This document shows positions 50,757 through 60,804 of a DNA stretch of 64,000 nt, piece after piece. Positions within the stretch are counted from its first letter, which is position 1, and each line of letters begins with the position of its first letter. The notes beneath the pieces were generated by a model. That model ran no database searches. It worked only from the letters and a program-made list of their open reading frames with translations, and was not told where the DNA came from. Made by a program: the position numbers and the translations under genes. The DNA comes from an uncultured Solirubrobacterales bacterium (GTDB lineage Bacteria; Actinomycetota; Thermoleophilia; Solirubrobacterales; 70-9). The DNA lies in contig CAWHFY010000017.1 of NCBI GenBank assembly GCA_963828755.1, forward strand, positions 27,524-91,523, given 5' to 3'.

Positions 50757-51716
50757 CTATGCGACCTCGGCGGTCGAGGCGAGCTCGTTCACGCTCACCC
50801 GCGGTAGCAGCCGCTCGACCTCGCGGCGGTCGAGCGTGCCGGCACCGAAGTGCTGGGTCGACTCCGCCCCGCAGGCGACTCCGAACGCGAGGCAGTCGCG
50901 GGGGTTCGAGTGCTCATAGCGAGCCGCGACGTAGCCGGCCAGGAAGCAGTCGCCCGAGCCCACCGAGGTGACCGGCTCGAGCTGGTCGATGCGGACCTCG
51001 TAGCGGCGGCGCTCGGCACCCTCACCGACGACCGCGACGCAGCCGTCCTCGGAGGTGATGATCGCCTCCCCCGCCCCCATCTCGAGCAGGCCGCTGAGCC
51101 CGAGGGCGAGATCGTCGGCGTCGTTGAACTCGTGGCCGACCGCCTCCTCGGCCTCGCCCACGTTCGGGGCGACGACGGTCGGTTCGGCGCGCAGCGCCGT
51201 TCGCATCCGCTCGCCGTCGGTGTCGAGCACGGTGATCACGCCGAGCCCGCGCAGCCCGGTGATCAGACGGCCGTAGACGTCCTCGCCGATCCCCGGCGGG
51301 GTGCTGCCGGCCAGCACGCATACGCGCGCCCCCTGGGCGAGGTAGAGCAGCCGCTCGATGAAGTGCTCGATCTCGGCCTCGCCGATCTCCGGGCCGCGAT
51401 CGTTGATCTCGGTTTGCTCGCCCGTGGTCGGGTCGATCACCGCGAGGTTGGTCCGGGTCTCGCCGCCGATCCGGGTGAACGCGGTCAGCACCGACTCGCT
51501 GCGGAGCTCGTCGAGCAGCCGGGTCCCGGACGCCCCGCCCGCCATCCCGGTCGCGATCACCGGCCGGCCGAGCAACCGGAGCGCGCGCGCGACGTTGACT
51601 CCCTTGCCGCCGGCCATCGTCCGCGCCTCGACCGCCCGATGGCGTTGGCCGAGGCGGAAGTTGGGGACGGCGACCGTGCGGTCGATCGCGGCGTTGAGGG
51701 TGACGGTAAGGATCAC
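50757..51716 (-). CDS. 1-phosphofructokinase/tagatose-6-phosphate kinase (PfkB family)
   Basis: MILTVTLNAAIDRT.., GGKGVNVA, C-terminal ..GSGDCFLAGY... Confidence 0.85.
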   Translation of the reverse strand: MILTVTLNAAIDRTVAVPNFRLGQRHRAVEARTMAGGKGVNVARALRLLGRPVIATGMAGGASGTRLLDELRSESVLTAFTRIGGETRTNLAVIDPTTGEQTEINDRGPEIGEAEIEHFIERLLYLAQGARVCVLAGSTPPGIGEDVYGRLITGLRGLGVITVLDTDGERMRTALRAEPTVVAPNVGEAEEAVGHEFNDADDLALGLSGLLEMGAGEAIITSEDGCVAVVGEGAERRRYEVRIDQLEPVTSVGSGDCFLAGYVAARYEHSNPRDCLAFGVACGAESTQHFGAGTLDRREVERLLPRVSVNELASTAEVA

Positions 51717-51733
51717 TCGCGCTCGCGAACAGG

Positions 51734-52811
51734 CTAACCGCTTTCGCGGCTGTCACCGCGCGGCGGCCAGACGGCCAGGCCGAGCCTAGGCGGAGCTCGC
51801 CCGGCAGCGCCGAGCTCCGCCCCGATCAGCTCGCGCAGCCGGGCGAAGTACTCGCGGTAGGTCCAGGCGTCGGCGCGGGCCCGCGCGGCGTCGCGCAGGC
51901 GCAGGCGCCGGGCCGGGTCGGCCAGCAGCGCGTCGACGCGGTCGCCGAGAGCGCGCGGGTCACCGGGCGGCACGAGCTCAGCGGTCTCGCCGGCGACCGC
52001 GTAGCCGTCGAGCGCGCGGACGGCGGAGATCACCGCGGGCACCCCGGCCTCGACCGCCGCCATCAGCCGCACCTGGCCGGCGCTCGGGCCGCGATCAGCG
52101 AGCGCGATCACGTCCACGGCGGCGGCGCGCAAGGCGCGGTCGTGGCGATCCCACTCCACCTCGACCTCGACCGTCGCGCCGCTCGCCTCGGCCAGCGCCC
52201 GCACCCGGTCGGCGTCGGCGCGCGAGCAGATCGCTGTCAGGTCCCAGTCGCGCCCGGCCGCGGCCGCGAACAGGGTTTTCCAGTCGCAGGCGGCACGCCC
52301 GGACGCTGAACACCGCCCGCGAGCCGGGCTCGACCGCCGCCGGCTCGCGGTCGCCACCCTCGCGCCAGGCCCAGGGGACGAGCGCGAGTCGCTCAGGGCC
52401 CAAGCCCAGCGCGGCAGCGTATTCGCGGCGCTCCCACTCGGTCATCACCTGGCCGGCGCGCATCCCGCGGCGCAGCGCCGGGCGCTCGACCAGCGCCACC
52501 CAGACCGCGTACGCGAGCCGGAGCGTGGCCCTCCCCGGGGTCGGACGCCGCAACAGCTCGAGCACGAACAGCCGCGGGCGGGCCGGTGGCAGCCCGCAGA
52601 CGAGCAGCGCCGCGAGCGAGCCGCGCTCGCGGCGGATCACCGCGATCCGCTCGCCGCGCCGCGCGAGCAGTCCGAGCGCGAGCCCGCGCGCGGCGACGAA
52701 GCGGCCGGCCAGCGCGGCGAGCGGGCCAGGCAGGCGCGCCGCGATCAGCTCGGCGTGGTCCACGAACCCGGGCCCGAGCCGCTCGGCGTAGAAGCGCGGC
52801 GCGCCGATCAT
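51734..52811 (-). pseudogene. glycosyltransferase (GT-B, group-1-like), 1-nt insertion near 52304
   Basis: ..EPGSRAVFS, then in the next frame SGRAACDWKTLFAAAAGRDWDLT.. joins ORFs 52095..52811 and 51734..52357. Confidence 0.6.
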
Positions 52812-54016
52812 CGGCGCCGATCCCAGACCGCGATCGCGCCGATCCCGATCGCGGCGATCGCCGCGATCGCGAGCACCCAGGCGAACGCTCGCGGTCCGGG
52901 TACGGCGGCGTCGTAGCGCTCGACCAGGGTCGCGGCGGCGGCCGAAGAGGTCGCCTCGAGCGGGGCGCGCGCGGCGGGCTCGCCTCCGACCGAGACGACG
53001 ACGGTGCCCAGCCGGTCGCCGCGGGTCACGGGCCCGTCGACCTCGGCCGGCGCGTCGATCCGGGTGTCGAGCCGCTGGCCCGAGCGCACGGTCACGCGCA
53101 GGTCCTCGGGGGCGGCGAGCTCGACCGTCGCGTCGCGGTCGGCGATCGCGACCTCGCTCAGCGGCTCGCCGGCGCGCACCGGGGTGCGGCGCTTGTAGAG
53201 CGAGAAGCCGTAGTCGAGCAGCGACATCGTCGCCGCGTCGCGCTCGGACTCGCTCGGCGCCCCGAGCACCGCCGAGACCAGCTCCACCCCCTTCTGCTCG
53301 CCCGAGCCGACCAGGACGTTGCCGGCGTCGAGCGTGTAGCCGGTCTTCACCCCGTTCACGTACGGGACCGTCTGGACGAGGACGTTGCGGTTGACCAGGC
53401 TGCGCGGGTGGTCGCCGCTCTCGATCGTGGTCGAGGCGGTGTCGAAGATCGTCCTGAAGAGCTTGTCCTCGCGCAGTTCGATCGCGAGCGCGACGAGGTC
53501 CTCGGCGCTCGAGTAGTTGCCCGCCTCGTCGAGCCCGATGGGGTTCGCGTAGGAGGTGTCGTCGAGCCCGAGCCGGCGCGCGGCGCGGTTCATCTCGGCG
53601 ACGAACGCGTCCTCAGAGCCCGCCGCGGCCTGCGCAAGCGCCTCGGCGGCGTCGTTGCCGGAGACCAGCAGCAGCCCGTAAAGCAGGTCGCGCACCTCGA
53701 TCCGCTCGCCGGCTCGAAGGCCGAGCAGCGACTCGGCGGCGAGCGCGTCATACGGGGGCGCGACGACCGTCTCGTGCAGCTTCAAAGCACGGCGCGCGAC
53801 GTACGCGGTCATCAGCTTCGTCGTCGACGCGATCGAGAGCGAGCGCTTCGCGTGGTGGGCAGCGAGCACCTTCCCGTCGTCGGCGTCGACCAGGATCCAG
53901 GCGCTCGCCGGGAGGTCGCGAGGCGGCGCGGCAAGGGTGGGACCCGGGGCCGCGAGGACGAGCAGCGCCGCGAGCGCGAGCGCCGCGGCGCTCAGCCGCC
54001 GGCGAGCTTCTTGCAA
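52808..54016 (-). CDS. D-alanyl-D-alanine carboxypeptidase (S11, PBP5-like)
   Basis: SIASTTKLMT (SxxK), VSGND (SxN), VKTGYT (KTG). A TTG at 54016 gives the signal peptide MQEARRRLSAAALALAALLVLAAPG. C-terminal TM anchor. Confidence 0.85.
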   Translation of the reverse strand: MQEARRRLSAAALALAALLVLAAPGPTLAAPPRDLPASAWILVDADDGKVLAAHHAKRSLSIASTTKLMTAYVARRALKLHETVVAPPYDALAAESLLGLRAGERIEVRDLLYGLLLVSGNDAAEALAQAAAGSEDAFVAEMNRAARRLGLDDTSYANPIGLDEAGNYSSAEDLVALAIELREDKLFRTIFDTASTTIESGDHPRSLVNRNVLVQTVPYVNGVKTGYTLDAGNVLVGSGEQKGVELVSAVLGAPSESERDAATMSLLDYGFSLYKRRTPVRAGEPLSEVAIADRDATVELAAPEDLRVTVRSGQRLDTRIDAPAEVDGPVTRGDRLGTVVVSVGGEPAARAPLEATSSAAAATLVERYDAAVPGPRAFAWVLAIAAIAAIGIGAIAVWDRRR

Positions 54017-54369
54017 CCGTCGGGGACGAGGTCGACGCAGTTCTGCACCTGGAGGCCGAACGGGTCGAGGTTCGGGTTGAGCTGCTGCAAGCGCTCCTCT
54101 GGGATGCAGGTCTGGTCGGCGATCGTGGTGAAGGTGTCGCCCTCCTGGACCACGTAGTAGCCGTTCTTGATCGCGTCCTCCGAGCCGCCAGGACAGCTGC
54201 TGGCGGCCGACTGCTTGCCGCCACCACCGTCGTCGCTCGAGTCGTCGTCGCCGCTCAGCGAGCCACTGATGATGAGCACGATCGCGGCGGCGACGATCAA
54301 CAACAGGACGGGCGCGAGCACCCTCGCGGTCCAGCTCGTCGGCTTGCGATCGTCGCTCGGCCCGGGCAT
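53992..54369 (-). CDS. membrane-anchored LysM-domain protein
   Basis: MPGPSDDRK.., TM helix VLAPVLLLIVAAAIVLII, LysM YVVQEGDTFTTIADQTCIPEERLQQLNP. Confidence 0.75.
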   Translation of the reverse strand: MPGPSDDRKPTSWTARVLAPVLLLIVAAAIVLIISGSLSGDDDSSDDGGGGKQSAASSCPGGSEDAIKNGYYVVQEGDTFTTIADQTCIPEERLQQLNPNLDPFGLQVQNCVDLVPDGCKKLAGG

Positions 54370-54419
54370 GAGGAGCGGAATCGTAGGCGGTCGTTGGCCG
54401 CGAGGACGGTGGCACGGCG

Positions 54420-55307
54420 CTAGCGGGCGGCGCTTTGCGAAGCGGCCCAGACCTGGTCGCGAAGCTGCGCGGCAGCCGCGGCCGGGTCGGCGGCCCCGGC
54501 GATCGACCGCGACGCCGGGACCAGGACCGAGGCCGGGTTCGCGGAGAACGCCGGCGCCAGGTCGGCGGCGTCGCCGCCCTGAGCCCCGACCCCCGGGGTG
54601 AGGAAGATCGCCGCCGGCATCAGCTTGCGCAGCCGCCCGAGGTGGCCCGGCTCGGTCGCGCCGACCACCGCGCCCATGCCGCTGAGTCCGCTTTCGCCGG
54701 CGAGCCGCCCAGCCAGCGAGGCAACGAGCGCGGCGAGCCGCTCGTGCAACGGGCCCCCGTCGGTCTCGAGGTCGAGGACGTCGGCGGCTCCCGGATTCGA
54801 GGTGCGGACCAGGGCGAACAGCCCGCCCCCCGCCGCCGCCGCGGCCTCGACCAGCGGCTCGAGCGCGTCGGCGCCCATCAGCGGGTTCACGGTCGCCGCG
54901 TCGGCCCCCAGTCCGTCGACCTCTCCCCACGGAGTCTCGATCGAGCCGAACAGCGCCTGCCCATAGGCGCGGGCGCTCACCGGAACGTCTCCGCGCTTGC
55001 CGTCGGCCACGACCAGCAGGCCGGCCTCACGCGAGGCGGCGACCACCTGGGCCAGGGCCGCCCAGCCGCGCGCGCCGAGTCGCTCGAAGCAGGCGAGCTG
55101 GGGCTTGACCGCGACGCAGTGCGGCGCCGTAGCCTCGATCACCGCCCGGCAGTGGGCGGCGACCGCCTCGGCCGCAGCCTCGGCGGGCTCAACGCCCGGC
55201 CGGGGCTGCGGCTCGAGCCCGGACGGATCCGGGTCGAGTCCGAGGCAGACCTGGCTGCGGCGCTCTGCGACGAGCGCCGCGAGCCGGTCGGCGAACGGTG
55301 CTTCCAG
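54420..55307 (-). CDS. pyrF: orotidine 5'-phosphate decarboxylase (type 2); start codon unclear
   Basis: ..LCLGLDP.., VAVKPQLACFE, VADGKRGDV, LTPGVGAQGG. There is no ATG or GTG between the hup stop and the conserved core. A CTG at 55307 is in frame. The ORF track extends to 55397, inside hup. Confidence 0.8.
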   Translation of the reverse strand: MEAPFADRLAALVAERRSQVCLGLDPDPSGLEPQPRPGVEPAEAAAEAVAAHCRAVIEATAPHCVAVKPQLACFERLGARGWAALAQVVAASREAGLLVVADGKRGDVPVSARAYGQALFGSIETPWGEVDGLGADAATVNPLMGADALEPLVEAAAAAGGGLFALVRTSNPGAADVLDLETDGGPLHERLAALVASLAGRLAGESGLSGMGAVVGATEPGHLGRLRKLMPAAIFLTPGVGAQGGDAADLAPAFSANPASVLVPASRSIAGAADPAAAAAQLRDQVWAASQSAAR

Positions 55308-55314
55308 GGTGTCC

Positions 55315-55590
55315 CTAGCCGCCCTTGACGGCGGACTTGAGACCGGCGCCCGCGGAGAACTTCGGCACCTTGCCGCCCGCGATCGTGATCCGCTCACCGG
55401 TGCGCGGGTTGACGCCCTGGCGAGGGCCGCGCTCGGCGACGCTGAACTTGCCGAAGCCGGTGAAGCTGATCTCCCCGCCGTTCTTGAGCGTGTCGGCGAT
55501 CCCGTCGAGGACCGCGTCCACGGCGTCAGCGGCGGCCTTCTTACTGTCGAACTTGTCGGTGATGCTCTCGACGAAGTCGGACTTGGTCAC
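55315..55590 (-). CDS. hup: HU-family DNA-binding protein
   Basis: MTKSDFVESI..GFGKFSVAERGPRQGVNPRTGERITIAGGKVPKFSAGAGLK. RBS AGGAGG upstream of the GTG. Confidence 0.95.
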   Translation of the reverse strand: MTKSDFVESITDKFDSKKAAADAVDAVLDGIADTLKNGGEISFTGFGKFSVAERGPRQGVNPRTGERITIAGGKVPKFSAGAGLKSAVKGG

Positions 55591-55645
55591 TGTCTTCCTC
55601 CTGGCTTGTGCGGGGGTCGTTGATCGCCGAGCAACATAACAGCGC

Positions 55646-56340
55646 TCAAAGACGGCTTGAACAGGCGGGTTGTGCGGTTCCCCACGCAGCGCCGCGCCAA
55701 CGGCCCGCGGCTAGCATCCGGTCGGTGAGCCGTCCCGGCCGCGCAGGCGCCGGGTTCGATCGCCACCGAGCTCGCCGCCCACCCTCTCCGGTACCACACG
55801 CTCGAGCTTCTTCAACCACTACAGCGCCGCGCTCAAGGCCCGCCGCCATCGCCTCGAGCGGCACGATCCCGAACGGCTCCGGCCACTCGACGCAGAAGCA
55901 GAGCGCGTCGGCGCCGGCCAGCACGCCAGGGATCGCCGCACGGTCGACGCGATCGAAGCTGACCCGGCGCCCGACCCCGGCCGCGGCCGCGACCTCGGCG
56001 AGCTCGGCGAGATGCCCGGGATCGCCCGCGCCGACGCAGCGCAGCGTGCACTCCGGGAGCTCGCCCAGCGCCCCGATCACCGTCGCGACGCCCTTGCGCG
56101 AGTCGACACGGCCGAGGCACAACAGCCGCCCCTCCCACTCCCGAGGCCGCGATGGCGCGAACCGGCCGGTCTCGATCCCCGGGTGGGAGACGGTCGCGGC
56201 CCAGACCTCGACTCCGGCGGCGGCCGCGCGTTCGCGCAGGTAGTTGCTCGCAAACAGCCAGCTCGCGGTCGGGCCGAGCTCGAAGCCGGAGGGCACGCCG
56301 GCGAGCCGGCCGACCAGCCGCGAGCGCCCCGGCCCGCGCC
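55646..56340 (-). pseudogene. GT4 glycosyltransferase remnant: N-terminal domain missing, C-terminal domain interrupted after the EAMAAG motif
   Basis: ..LLCLGRVDSRKGV..CFCVEWPEPFGIVPLEAMAAG, then 40 nt where ~6 are expected before VVPERVGGEL (now in another frame). The upstream end abuts an A8 tract. Confidence 0.7.
55809..55845. repeat. copy 1 of a ~40-nt element (tcttcaaccActacagcgccgcgctcaaggccc..)
   Basis: Direct comparison with the copies at 56354 and 56560. Lies inside the GT4 remnant. Confidence 0.85.
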
Positions 56341-56353
56341 GCCAGAAAAAAAA

Positions 56354-56399
56354 TCTTCAACCTCTACAGCGCCGCGCTCAAGGCCCCGCCGGCGAGCGG
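56354..56399. repeat. copy 2 of the element, immediately preceded by A8 (56346-56353)
   Basis: tcttcaacctctacagcgccgcgctcaaggccccgccggcgagcgg, 46/46 identical to copy 3. Confidence 0.9.
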
Positions 56400-56559
56400 T
56401 GCGCCCATCGGCCAGATCACGCTCGACGAGGGATATCGAAGCCGGCGGCGCGCCGCGAGCCGGCCCTCATCGGCGGATCCCGCGCTCGACCCGGCCGCTC
56501 GGCGCGCGCGCCTGGGCGAGCGCCGACCTCTATTACCGCCAGCGGCTCGCGCCGGCGTT

Positions 56560-56605
56560 TCTTCAACCTCTACAGCGCCGCGCTCAAGGCCCCGCCGGCG
56601 AGCGG
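56560..56605. repeat. copy 3 of the element
   Basis: Identical 46-mer 206 nt downstream of copy 2. A second shared block (atcggcNgatcccgcgctcgacccggccgctcg) occurs at 56468-56501 and 56611-56645, with a degenerate copy at 56406-56427. Confidence 0.9.
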
Positions 56606-56649
56606 GCGCCGATCGGCCGGATCCCGCGCTCGACCCGGCCGCTCGCAGC

Positions 56650-57191
56650 GACCTCAGCGGCCGCGGCGAACGGACGGAAACCTGCAACATCGCCTACCCG
56701 CGGGAGCTGCTCGAGCGGATCGATGGTTTCGACACGGTCACCTTCGGGCGCGAGCCGGGCGGCGAGGACTGCGACCTCGCCTGGCGGGCGATCGCAGCCG
56801 GGGCCCGGCCGGTGTTCGCCCCGGGGGCGCTCGTTCACCACGCGGTCGACGATGTCGGCCCGCTCGGCAAGCTCCGCGTTGCCGCCCGCTGGACCACGCC
56901 GATGGCCGCCTACGCCCGCCACCGGAGCTGCGCCGTGAGGCCTTCCGCTTCGGGGTCTTCTGGAAGGACATCCACTGGATGCTCTTCAAGGCCGTGGTCG
57001 CGCTCCTCCTGCCGAGCCGGTGGCACCTGCTTCGGGCCTGGCTCGCCTATCCGTACCTGCGGGACGTGTGGGCGCGCGGCAAGGTCGAGGGCGGCGGCCC
57101 GGCGCCCGCCCCGTACTTCGTCGCCCACGACCTGATCGAGGTCGGCGCCGTCGCCCGCGCCGCCGTTCGCAACCGCACCCCGATGCTCTGA
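56650..57191 (+). pseudogene. GT2 glycosyltransferase C-terminal fragment (catalytic N-terminal half absent), 1-nt deletion near 56923
   Basis: ..ETCNIAYPRELLERIDGFD..GGEDCDLAWRAIAAGARPVFAPGALVHHAV..AAYARH, then a frame change to PELRREAFRFGVFWKDIHWML..NRTPML*. Confidence 0.6.
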
Positions 57192-57228
57192 GCGATGCCG
57201 GCCGCGAGCCTCGCGGTACGCGGCTGAG

Positions 57229-58881
57229 TTACATCCGCTCGGGCGCGCTCACCCCGAGGAGCCCGAGCGTGGTCGCGATCGTGCGCTTGGTGGCGACGCA
57301 GAGCCCGAGCCGCGCGGCCTCGGCACCAGGCTCGGGCGCACCGACCACCCGGCAGTCGCGATAGAAGGCGTGAAAGTCGGCCGCGGTCGCCATCGCGTAG
57401 GCGCAGAGCCGGTGCGGGGCCCGCCGCTTCGCGGCCTCCGAGATCTCGCCGCCGAGCTCGAGCAGGCGGCGGACGAGCGCGCGCTCAGCGGGCTCGGCAA
57501 CGGCCTCGGCACCGGCGGCGGCGTTGGCGACGATCTCCTCCTCGGAGCCGGCGACCCCCTCGTCGGCGGCCTTGCGCAGGATGCTCGCGACCCGGGCGTG
57601 CGCGTACTGGACGTAGTAGACGGGGTTCTCCTGCGAGGTCGAGCGGGCGAGCTCCAGGTCGATGTCGATCGGCGTATCGCTGGAGCGCTGCAGCATGAAG
57701 AAGCGCGTCGCGTCGACGCCGATGTCGTCGATCAGCTCGTCGAGCGTGACGAACTCGCCACTGCGCTTGCCCATCCGCTTGCGCTCGCCGCCCTCGACGA
57801 TGTTGACCAGCTGCATGATCTGGGCCTCGAAGCGGTCGGGCTCGAAGCCGAGCGCCGCGAGCGCCGCGCGCATCCGCGGCACGTAGCCGTGGTGGTCGGC
57901 GCCGAGCACGTTGATGAGCCGCTCGTGGCCGCGCTCGAGCTTGTCGAGGTGGTAGGCGATGTCGGGGGCGAAGTAGGTCGGCTCGCCGTCGGCGCGGATC
58001 AGGACCCGGTCCTTGTCATCACCGAACTCGGTTGTGCGAAGCCAGATCGCGCCTTCGCTCTCGTACACGTGCTCGCGCTCGCGCAGCTGCTCGATCGCGC
58101 GCTCGACCGCGCCCGACTCGCGCAGCGCGCGCTCCGACGACCACGTGTCGTAGCGCACGCCGAACCGCTCCAGCGTCGCCTCGATCCGCGCGCGCATCGC
58201 GTCGGTTGCCGCGACCTCGAGCGCCTCCAGGTCGTCCGGGTCCGAGCTCGGCGCGAGCTCGGCGGCGAGGTCGGCGACGTAGTCGCCCGCGTAGCCGTCC
58301 TCGGGCGGTTCCTCGCCCCGCGTCCGGGCCGCCACCGATGCCGCGAACAAGCGCACCTGGGTGCCGGCGTCGTTGACGTAGTACTCGCGCTCGACCATCT
58401 GGCCGGTGCGCTCGAACAGCCGCGCCAGTGCGTCGCCGTAGGCCGCCCCGCGGCCGCTCGCCGCGGTCACCGGGCCGGTCGGGTTGGCGCTCACGAACTC
58501 GACCATGATCCGCTCGGGCGGCTCGGCGACGCTGGCGCCGAGCCGCTCGCCGGCGGCCAGCATCCCGGCCGCAGCGGCGCGGTACCACGAGTCGGCGAAG
58601 AACAGGTTGAGAAAGCCGGGGCCGGCGACCTCGATCCGCTCGACGCTGCCGGCGAGGCGTCGCTCGAGCTCGACCCGCAGCCGCTCGGCGACCTCCCGCG
58701 GCGGCGCGCCCGCGGTCGGCGCCAGCAGCAGGGCCGCGTTGGTCGAGTAGTCGCCGAGCTCGGCCTTCGGCGGCCGCTCGAGGCTCAGCTTCGGGCCCGG
58801 ATCGCCGCCGATCACCGCAGCGGCGCCGAGCACGGCGGCGCGCAGCTCGCTGAGCGGATCGGTGACGGGGCTGATGGCCAC
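57229..58881 (-). CDS. argS: arginine--tRNA ligase
   Basis: 550 aa. ..VEFVSANPTGP.., ..GADHHGYVPRM.., ..MGKRSGEFVTL.., ends ..LLGVSAPERM. Confidence 0.95.
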   Translation of the reverse strand: MAISPVTDPLSELRAAVLGAAAVIGGDPGPKLSLERPPKAELGDYSTNAALLLAPTAGAPPREVAERLRVELERRLAGSVERIEVAGPGFLNLFFADSWYRAAAAGMLAAGERLGASVAEPPERIMVEFVSANPTGPVTAASGRGAAYGDALARLFERTGQMVEREYYVNDAGTQVRLFAASVAARTRGEEPPEDGYAGDYVADLAAELAPSSDPDDLEALEVAATDAMRARIEATLERFGVRYDTWSSERALRESGAVERAIEQLREREHVYESEGAIWLRTTEFGDDKDRVLIRADGEPTYFAPDIAYHLDKLERGHERLINVLGADHHGYVPRMRAALAALGFEPDRFEAQIMQLVNIVEGGERKRMGKRSGEFVTLDELIDDIGVDATRFFMLQRSSDTPIDIDLELARSTSQENPVYYVQYAHARVASILRKAADEGVAGSEEEIVANAAAGAEAVAEPAERALVRRLLELGGEISEAAKRRAPHRLCAYAMATAADFHAFYRDCRVVGAPEPGAEAARLGLCVATKRTIATTLGLLGVSAPERM

Positions 58882-58937
58882 GCTCCGATACTAGGGCGGG
58901 CGATCGCGAGGCGGGGTGGCCACTATGCTGCACCCCG

Positions 58938-59879
58938 ATGCGGGCTTTGGTGACCGGGGGGGCGGGCTTCATCGGCTCGCATGTGGTCGACGCGCTGGTT
59001 GCGCGTGGCGACGACGTCGTCGTCCTCGACGACCTCTCGACCGGCAAGCGCGAGAACCTGGCCGGGGCGATCGCTGCCGGCGCCACGCTGATCGAAGGCG
59101 GAATCACGGACGAGGCCGCGGTCGCCGATGCTTTCGCCCGTGCCGAACCCGAGGTCGTCTGCCACCTCGCGGCGCAGATCGACGTCCGCCGCTCGGTCGC
59201 GGACCCGCTCTATGACCTCGGGATCAACGTCGGCGGGACGCTGCGGCTGCTCGAGGCCGCGCGGCTCGCCGGCACCCGCCGGTTCATCTTCGCGTCGACC
59301 GGCGGTGCGATCTACGGCGAGGGCGAGGGGCGCGCCCTGCCGTTCACCGAGGATGCGGAGTGCCGGCCCGACGCCCCATACGGGCAGTCGAAGCTCGCCG
59401 CCGAGGGCTACCTCGGCCTCTATCGACGCCTCTACGGCCTCGACACCGCCGTGTTACGGCTCGGCAACGTCTTCGGCCCGCGCCAGGACCCGCGGCTCGA
59501 GGCCGGCGTGGTCGCGATCTTCTGCGGCGCGCTGACCGCGGGCGAGACGCCGACCGTGTTCGGCGACGGCGAGCAGACGCGCGACTACGTCTACGTCGGC
59601 GATGTCGCCGCCGCGTTCGCCGCCGCTTCGACCGCGGCCGGCGGCGGCCCGTACAACATCGGCACCGGGGTCGAGACCAGCGTGCTCGAGCTCGGCCGGC
59701 AGGTCGGCGAGGCCTGCGGGAAGGTGTTCGAGCCCGAGTTCGCGCCGGCGCGCATCGGCGAGATCCAGCGGACCGTGATCGACCCCGCCCGCGCCGGCGG
59801 AGGAGCTCGGCTGGCGCGCGAGCGTGACCCTGGTCGAGGGCCTCGAGCCCATCCTCGGGACGATCTCCGACCCGGCCTA
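58938..59879 (+). pseudogene. NAD-dependent epimerase/dehydratase (UDP-glucose 4-epimerase-like), 1-nt insertion near 59796
   Basis: VTGGAGFIGSH, YGQSK (YxxxK). ..VIDPARA, then in the next frame AEELGWRASVTLVEGLEPILGTISDPA* (stop 59877-59879). Confidence 0.85.
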
Positions 59880-59889
59880 GGCTGCGGCG

Positions 59890-60772
59890 ATGAACGCCGC
59901 GGCGGCCGATCTCGACGTCGTCATCGTCTCCTACCGCTGCGAGGAACTGCTGCGGGAGTGTCTGACGAGCCTGTACGCGAACCCGCCGGCCGGGCGCCTG
60001 CGGGTCGAGGTGGTCGACAACGCCTCCGGCGACGGGACCGCGGAGATGGTCGCGCGCGAGTTCCCCGACGCGATCCTGACCGTGAACGCCCGACAACGCC
60101 GGCTTCGGCCGCGCCAACAACCCGGCGCTGGCGCGCGGAGGAGCGCCGTACGCGCTCGTCCTCAACCCGGACACGCGAGTCACGCCCGGGGCGCTCGACT
60201 CGCTGCTCGCGCAGCTCGAGGCGCACCCCGAGGTCGGGATGATCGGGCCGCGGCTTGAACGCACCGACGGCAGCTTCGACCACGCCTCGAGCCGCGCGTT
60301 TCCGACCCCGCTCAGCGCTCTCGGCCACTTCACCGGGGTCGGGCGCCGCGCCGGGGCGAGCGGCGCGCTCGCCGCTTACCGCGCCCCCGAGGACGTCGCC
60401 GGCCCGGTCGACGCGATCAACGGCGCCTTCATGCTGATCCGCCGCCGCGCCCTGGCTGAGGTCGGGATGTTCGACACGCGCTACTGGATGTACATGGAGG
60501 ACCTCGACCTCTGCTACCGGTTCGCCGCGGCCGGCTGGACGACGTGGTTCGAGCCCTCGGTGACCGTCACCCACGTGAAGGCCGGCACGAGCGGCGAGCA
60601 CCGCTCGCCGCGGCTCAACCGGGCGTTTCACTACGGCATGTTCCGCTTCTATCGCGACCACTACGCGGCCGCGAACAGCCCGCTGCTCAACGGCGCGGTC
60701 TACGCCGGGATCGCCGTCAAGCTCGCGGCGGCGATGTGGCGCAGCGCACTCGCCGGGCTTCGCCAGCCGTAA
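59890..60772 (+). pseudogene. GT2-family glycosyltransferase, 1-nt insertion near 60090
   Basis: LDVVIVSYRCEELLRECL..VDNASGDGT..ILTVNA, then in the next frame DNAGFGRANNPAL..GMIGPRL..WMYMEDLDLCYR. Confidence 0.85.
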
Positions 60773-60804
60773 GCCCGGTGCGTGTCCGTTGGCGAGCGCG
60801 GCGT

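Noticed and set aside
56346-56650. Idea that the repeat pair is a template/variable repeat of a diversity-generating retroelement, or that the A8 tract is a retroelement poly-A tail.
   Set aside because: A few differences between the paired blocks fall at A positions. However, there are also indels, there is no reverse transcriptase gene in the window, and the repeats do not lie at the 3' end of an intact target gene.
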